A stretch of 64,000 bases of DNA from Convolutriloba macropyga. Its lineage: Eukaryota. The DNA is taken from positions 20,460,001-20,524,000 of the forward strand of contig NC_134468.1 in the NCBI RefSeq assembly GCF_964194025.1. The letters are read 5' to 3'. The notes beneath the pieces were generated by a model, which worked only from the letters and a program-made list of their open reading frames with translations, had not been told where the DNA came from and did not search any database. Shown here piece by piece: positions 59,301 through 64,000 of the stretch (position 1 is the stretch's first letter; each line of letters opens with the position of its first letter). The translations under genes were made by a program, and so were the position numbers.

Positions 59301-61913
59301 AAAATTACAAAAACTTCCGTTGTATTGATATTAAATTTTAGAGGAGAAGTGTTACCTTGTCAACATTGAAATCTTCCAATCAAATTATGAAATCACCGTT
59401 TTTTGTACATATTGCAGTAGACTGCATTCAATTGTGTCATTCCCTTTTAATGCTCTTTTGCTCATAAACAGATACCTTGTTTTTGATTATAATGTATCAC
59501 TTCAACTTCAGCATTTATTGGTCTTTTATTGTTACAGCATTTTAACTCATTAAAAAAATCTACGTTTGTTAGAAAAAAGTATTATACTTTTCAACACAAA
59601 AATTTTAGCATAACCTTTCTCTTGGTAATGATAGATTCAATCGATTTTTATAGAGCTTTAATTTGTCCATTAAACTATTCGAATAAACAACCGGGTTCGT
59701 TTACCGTACGAAAAAATTCAGATTTAAAATTTAAAAAGCCATCCCTTATCAAGCTGTTCTTTTCCCGATTTTACTAAATATTTGTTAAATTTGAGGCCAG
59801 TAAACATTTTGAGTACGTATTTATGGATGTTTGATTTGTATCAGAAATCATGTGGTTGACGTCTAATTGCAATATATATGTTGTAGGTACTCTTCTTTGT
59901 TTGGCATAATTCACAAGGTCCGTATTTATCTCCTGTTTAGTATGGAACTTCAGAATTTTGGTGTTGCAAATCAGAAAGAACTGAATGCGTGAAGTGTATT
60001 CGTCGGTCTTTATTGCTGAAGATCCTGGGGCTAAGATTTCATATAGTCCGTAGAAACTCTCCGTTACCTCGTATTGTTGATTTTCATTTTGACTGGCTTG
60101 AGGTCAGCTGATTTTTCAGTTTACAGTACTACCGAGTCAATTCTGAGTAAGAGGTTACCCAAAAATCGCCCTGCAGTTCATTATCCCATCTCCTAATAGC
60201 TTCCCGAGCGGCCGAGCTCCTGTGACCTTTCCACTATGTGTGGCTTTGTTAAGTTTTATTGCATGTGTCATTTGGGATAAGGTTATCTCATCTACCTGTT
60301 TCAAGAACAAAATAAATATGAAAATTTCTAGGCTTAGGATCCCTTCTATGGTTGCCCAGAACAGTATTGAATTTAAGACCAATATGGGCAGAAAAATGTG
60401 AAAATGAAATATTAATCGTTTTGTGTCTAGAGATTTCCTGAGTCCACAGTTTATCGAATTTTTTGAATCTTTTAGATTAACCTTCTTTTGACCTGGTTCT
60501 TTTGTGCCTGCTAACCAGCGCTTTGTTGTTTAAACAAAAAACCGTTCGACTGTTCTAATCTCTATCTGGTTGAGAAATGGCGCCACTAATAACTCTATGC
60601 TTTTTTGCTTGCAGGAACTATTTATTTGCTGCATGATTTGTCATCGTGCCTTGTAAAGGAACCGAGTTCCTTTTATATTTTATCTCCCCCACACCCTCAT
60701 TTTCCTGTCCCCACCTACACTTTCGTCCTCCAAAACTTCGTCCTCCTTCATTTCCTGATTTCCAATTCCCCAACCCATTTCCATTGAAGCTATTTATTTA
60801 AGTTGATTTTATTGAAAAAGTCAGAAATGTTTGAGATTCACTTTCAATATTGTTTATAGTAAGGGATTTCACGTTTTTAACCACAACTTGGGTGCCAATG
60901 GTGCGAAATATGATGTATTTATAAAGCTTGATTTGCTACCATGGTTGCGACTTTCAGAAATACAAATATTAATGAAAAGTTGTCTTGGTATGCAAGACTT
61001 AGGCCGAAGAGCATAAACATTTCTGGCGTATCCTAGGGTCAAAAAGGACCATTGGTAAACTTGCTCGACTCAGACTGGGGAATTTTTGATTTTATAGGGG
61101 GGAACTTAGGCATTTGACACTTAGCACAATTAAACTCTGATTTGATAACTTCACAAGTTTTTATCAAAAACATCACAATCACAGAAGATCCAAACGATTT
61201 TTAATCTGGCTCTAGAAGTGAAGACTGATTTGAGAGTTCTCCTGAGAAGGAGGCTTGCGTGGTATGCCTAGTCACGACAGATGGGCTAGCTATACTTGCA
61301 GAATTGAAAGTCTTCATTTCGAAAGCTGGATTTTAATAGGCGTCTAGTTATCGTTGGATCAATATAGTATCTTTCCGCATTAGTTCTGAAAGGAGTAGGT
61401 CCTCCTCTAGTTGAAATTTAAAAGCACCACTGACACACACATTGACTTAGGATTAGTTGCAAGGCCTGGTATGCCCTTGCTACATTAAGGTTTATAGGAA
61501 CGTGAAATTATCCCCCCACCAGTGTCAGTAGACACAAACATTAGTCGAAAGTTAGCCACCACGGGTTAGGGTTCTTTCTATCGCGCTCGAAAAACAAATA
61601 GGCAACCGGACAAAAAATTATAATTGGCTACGTTTGTAAGAATTTCACTGATTAGTGAAAAGGTTTTTAACTCTATGCAACTTATTAACGATGCTTCATC
61701 AAACTTCACTGATTATTGATTGCGACAAGAAGAAACATAGCAAGCAAACATTAGGCGAAAAACGTTAGCTAAGCACAGTAAGCAACAGCCTCATTTAAAT
61801 TATAGGTTTTAACATAACAAAAAGATAGAATAGGGCTGTTACAAGGAAACATAGTGCAGTAACAGTGCGGTATAAACTTTGTAAAATAAGAAAAAACTTC
61901 TAAAACAGTCAAT

Positions 61914-64000
61914 ATGTCAAACAAGTCCAAAGCATCATCAGCAGCAAAGAACAGCCTAAAGCAACAACTTCAGTTGAAAGTGATAGAGTGGAACGCAGTA
62001 AAAGACCTCTTCGAAGAACAAAGCAATAGTAACGAAGGTCAAAGCATACTACGTGAAACTTTGGAACTCTTGAGGTCTCAAAAAGAGCAGTTAGACAGAA
62101 GTTGCAATGAACTGATGAAGCTACAGCTGACAAGTGAAGAGTTGACAACACTTGCTAATGAATCTGCCGAAAGAAACATAACCATGCTGAAATGCAAACA
62201 GAGAGCAAAAGCACACAAAACAGATGCAAGTGACACTGAATCTGCTTTTACACATCAGCAGCGCTTTCCCCTAATCTATTGAGAAAACTACCCTTTTTGC
62301 AATAGAGCAATGGAATATCATTTCGCAAGCCACAACAATCAGGAAAGTAACAACGCTGACTCGTCCGACTCAGAAGACCCTGATAATTCTCAACCCGTTC
62401 TGAACATTGAAGAGAGAGGAGGAAACCGGTAATTTCTCACAGGGGCACTGAGAACAGATGAACGATCGAGAGAAGAGAACAATGTTCAAGGGCAGAGCCG
62501 ACATGAGAGTGAGGACAGCAGAGCAGGGCATTTGCAACAACCATGTTCTTTTCCCAACAATAACCAGGCTGCTCCGACCATGAGCCATAGGTACACACCG
62601 CAAACCAATCAACTACCAATGAACAATTTCAGCGGAATTGATGGGCACAATAACAACGGCTATAACAACAACCTATACAATGGCTTTCCGAGTTTCCCAC
62701 CAGACTGGATACAACACCAAGCACTGATGATACAGAACACATTGAGTTTGCCTAAGATTTAAATAAACAATTTCACTGGCGATCCTCTGAAATGGCACCA
62801 GTGGTTCAGTTTTTTCAAAGCAACCATTCACAACAACAGTGGCCTCTCAGACGCCCAAAAAATTACATACCTCCAAAAATCAGTAACTGATAAAGCAAGA
62901 GATTCTATAAGTGTTTACTCCTACAATGGGGATTACTACCATGAAGCCATCGCTGAATTGACCAGAAAGTTTGGCAAGCCACAGCATATTGTCGCTGCAT
63001 ACCTGGATCAATTAGAGAAGTGGTCAAAACCCAGATTAGACGATTCAAACTCTTTTGTGAGCTTCTAGTCTTTCTTGAGGAGACTTGTACAAACCTTCCG
63101 ACTGCACAACTTTGAAGCTGATCTGAAGTCTTCAGCTGTCTTGAGAATGGCCAGAGACAAATTGAACCCTAACATGATAATCAGATGGAATCAACACACA
63201 AGAAACCAAGGCTTGCTGCAACCTATTCTTACCCACTTTGCTGATTGGATTGACTCATACGCAGAGGCATGCGAAGACAACTCCCCACAACTGAACCAGA
63301 GAACCAGAGCGAACACTTTTTCTAGAAGGGGGCCTTCAGATGTTTCATGTCAACTCTGCTCACAAAACCACAACTTTGGTCGTTGTCCCGAATACTTGGA
63401 AAAGTCAGTGTATGACCGACAGGGTTGTGTGATGAGGTACAATCTCTGCCCCAGCTGTCTAAGAGCTCACGAAAAGGGTCTCTGCCAATCGAAAACAAGG
63501 TGCCTTTTGGACAGATGCAATGGCTTTTATCACTCAACGCTCCATAGGACAGATGCAAGGCAACAGCAACAAAATGCACAACCAATCGTGAACTGGAATC
63601 AAATCTCACAAAACAATGTCTTCAGAAACCAAACAAAGCAAAGCAGTCAGGCTATGGACGTAACTTTAATAATGAAAACCAAAGGCAGCAGACGAGTTCA
63701 AACTTCAACCAACAGAGTGGAAACCAGAAAAAGCAAAGTGGATCTAACAGCAGCACTTCACACAGGCGCATCTGGAACAAAAGCGGTTTTCAACCTCAGG
63801 CGATAAACGCGCAGAACAACGTTAGCAGACAGCAGAGTAACAATCAACGCACTGTAGCCCAACAGCAGGCAACTGCTCCGCAACAAAACTACACTTGCAG
63901 CAACCAACAGGAACCTTCATGGATCAGACCGCATATACAATTGCAGGCAATACCCGTAACACCTTTCAACAGAGATCTTTGCATTGAAACCTAAGCTTTG
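61914..64000 (+). mobile_element. Bel/Pao LTR retrotransposon, decayed gag to protease start; continues beyond the window
   Basis: LPKI*INNFTGDPLKWHQWFSFFKATIH..LSDAQKITYL (DUF1759-type gag), triple Cys/His knuckle CQLCSQNH..C..CPSCLRAH..C..C..C..HSTLH, then IQLQAIPV..ET*AL protease start. Confidence 0.9.

Noticed and set aside
57780-61500. Short ORFs and a pyrimidine-rich tract
   Set aside because: AT-rich, low-complexity translations with no recognisable domain; probably old repeat debris.
61523-61820. Candidate 5' LTR of the Bel/Pao element (TGTCAG...AACA)
   Set aside because: Second LTR is outside the window and no clear PBS was seen, so the boundaries cannot be supported.

Overview
AT-rich, repeat-dense animal (invertebrate-like) genomic DNA with spliceosomal introns; not prokaryotic. 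Bases ~1340-12358 hold a decayed Polinton/Maverick (adintovirus-type) endogenous virus. Its minus-strand block encodes an adenain-like protease, major capsid, basic core protein, penton, retroviral-type integrase, A32/FtsK ATPase, a DEDD-like nuclease and a PLA2-like protein, followed by a 50-bp subterminal array and a G-rich terminus. No protein-primed DNA polymerase is visible in the window, and the left end is missing, so it may lie outside. A divergently transcribed module carries a perfect 16-bp hairpin, a PC4-like ssDNA-binding gene and an ORF with HUH (rolling-circle) endonuclease motifs; this is the best candidate for an undescribed system. The element sits in an intron of a CD36/scavenger-receptor-B gene whose two visible exons are missed or mis-ended by the ORF track. 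Other host genes are a two-exon FARSA and an intronless dynein light chain (LC8). The rest is mobile DNA: two families of Helentron-type non-autonomous elements (one carrying tRNA-derived cargo), a full-length decayed Ty3/Gypsy element with LTRs, a 5-bp TSD and an internal tandem duplication, several MITEs with clear TIRs/TSDs, and the 5' part of a Bel/Pao element running off the window. All protein family calls come from motifs recognised by eye, not from database searches.
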